Shown here piece after piece: positions 63,917 through 64,000 of a stretch of 64,000 bases of DNA. Made by a program: the position numbers and the translations under genes. The stretch covers positions 11,681 through 75,680 of the IMG/VR virus record IMGVR_UViG_3300028883_000047; one strand, given 5' to 3'. The stretch comes from a virus (taxonomy: Duplodnaviria; Heunggongvirae; Uroviricota; Caudoviricetes). The first letter of the stretch is position 1; each line of letters begins with the position of its first letter. Under the pieces are notes generated by a model that was not told the origin of the DNA, searched no databases, and saw only the letters and a program-made list of their open reading frames with translations.

Positions 63917-64000
63917 GCTCAGTATTTATCAATCCGTGGTGAGCTCAATTACGAGCTTAGGGTTGAAGTCAGGATTCAGCTCATGACCGTAGTATCCACG

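Overview
This window looks like an accessory/early region of a large T4-like (Tevenvirinae-type) myovirus. I cannot verify the virus identity without a database. Essentially all coding is on the minus strand, in tightly packed co-directional arrays. Clear T4 hallmark genes are present: RNA ligase 1 (Rnl1), endonuclease V (DenV), an i-/o-spanin pair, HNH endonucleases, TATAAATA late-promoter boxes and sigma70-like early promoters.

Two large tRNA arrays are present (163-1104 and 28364-34923), with at least 21 tRNA genes plus several aberrant tRNA-like elements. Several isoacceptors are duplicated, and the second copy often has a non-canonical anticodon loop (C33). One Ala-like tRNA carries a ~30-nt insertion that extends the anticodon helix. 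Accompanying these are tRNA-maintenance enzymes: a CCA-adding enzyme, Rnl1, a PTH2-type peptidyl-tRNA hydrolase and kinase/phosphatase candidates.

The second half of the window is dominated by a nucleotide/NAD/ADP-ribose island. It includes NAMPT (NadV), a bifunctional NMNAT-Nudix (NatV), NAD kinase, a quinolinate synthase (NadA) homolog, an adenylosuccinate-synthetase (PurA/PurZ-like) homolog, a macro domain, a NADAR domain, nucleoside-deoxyribosyltransferase-like and SLOG-like proteins, an M16-type peptidase, and a vWA plus J-domain/kinase-like pair. An NAD-dependent DNA ligase lies upstream at 7551-9506.

Other notable content is a glycan-modification cluster with two sulfotransferases, two methyltransferases and GT-A enzymes. 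There is also a ClpS adaptor homolog next to a secreted Zn-metalloprotease, an SPFH protein, a LemA/TPM-like pair and a collagen-like secreted protein.

I found no CRISPR array, integrase or transposase. All calls rest on manual reading of the sequence and motifs. Coordinates of gene starts are approximate where noted.
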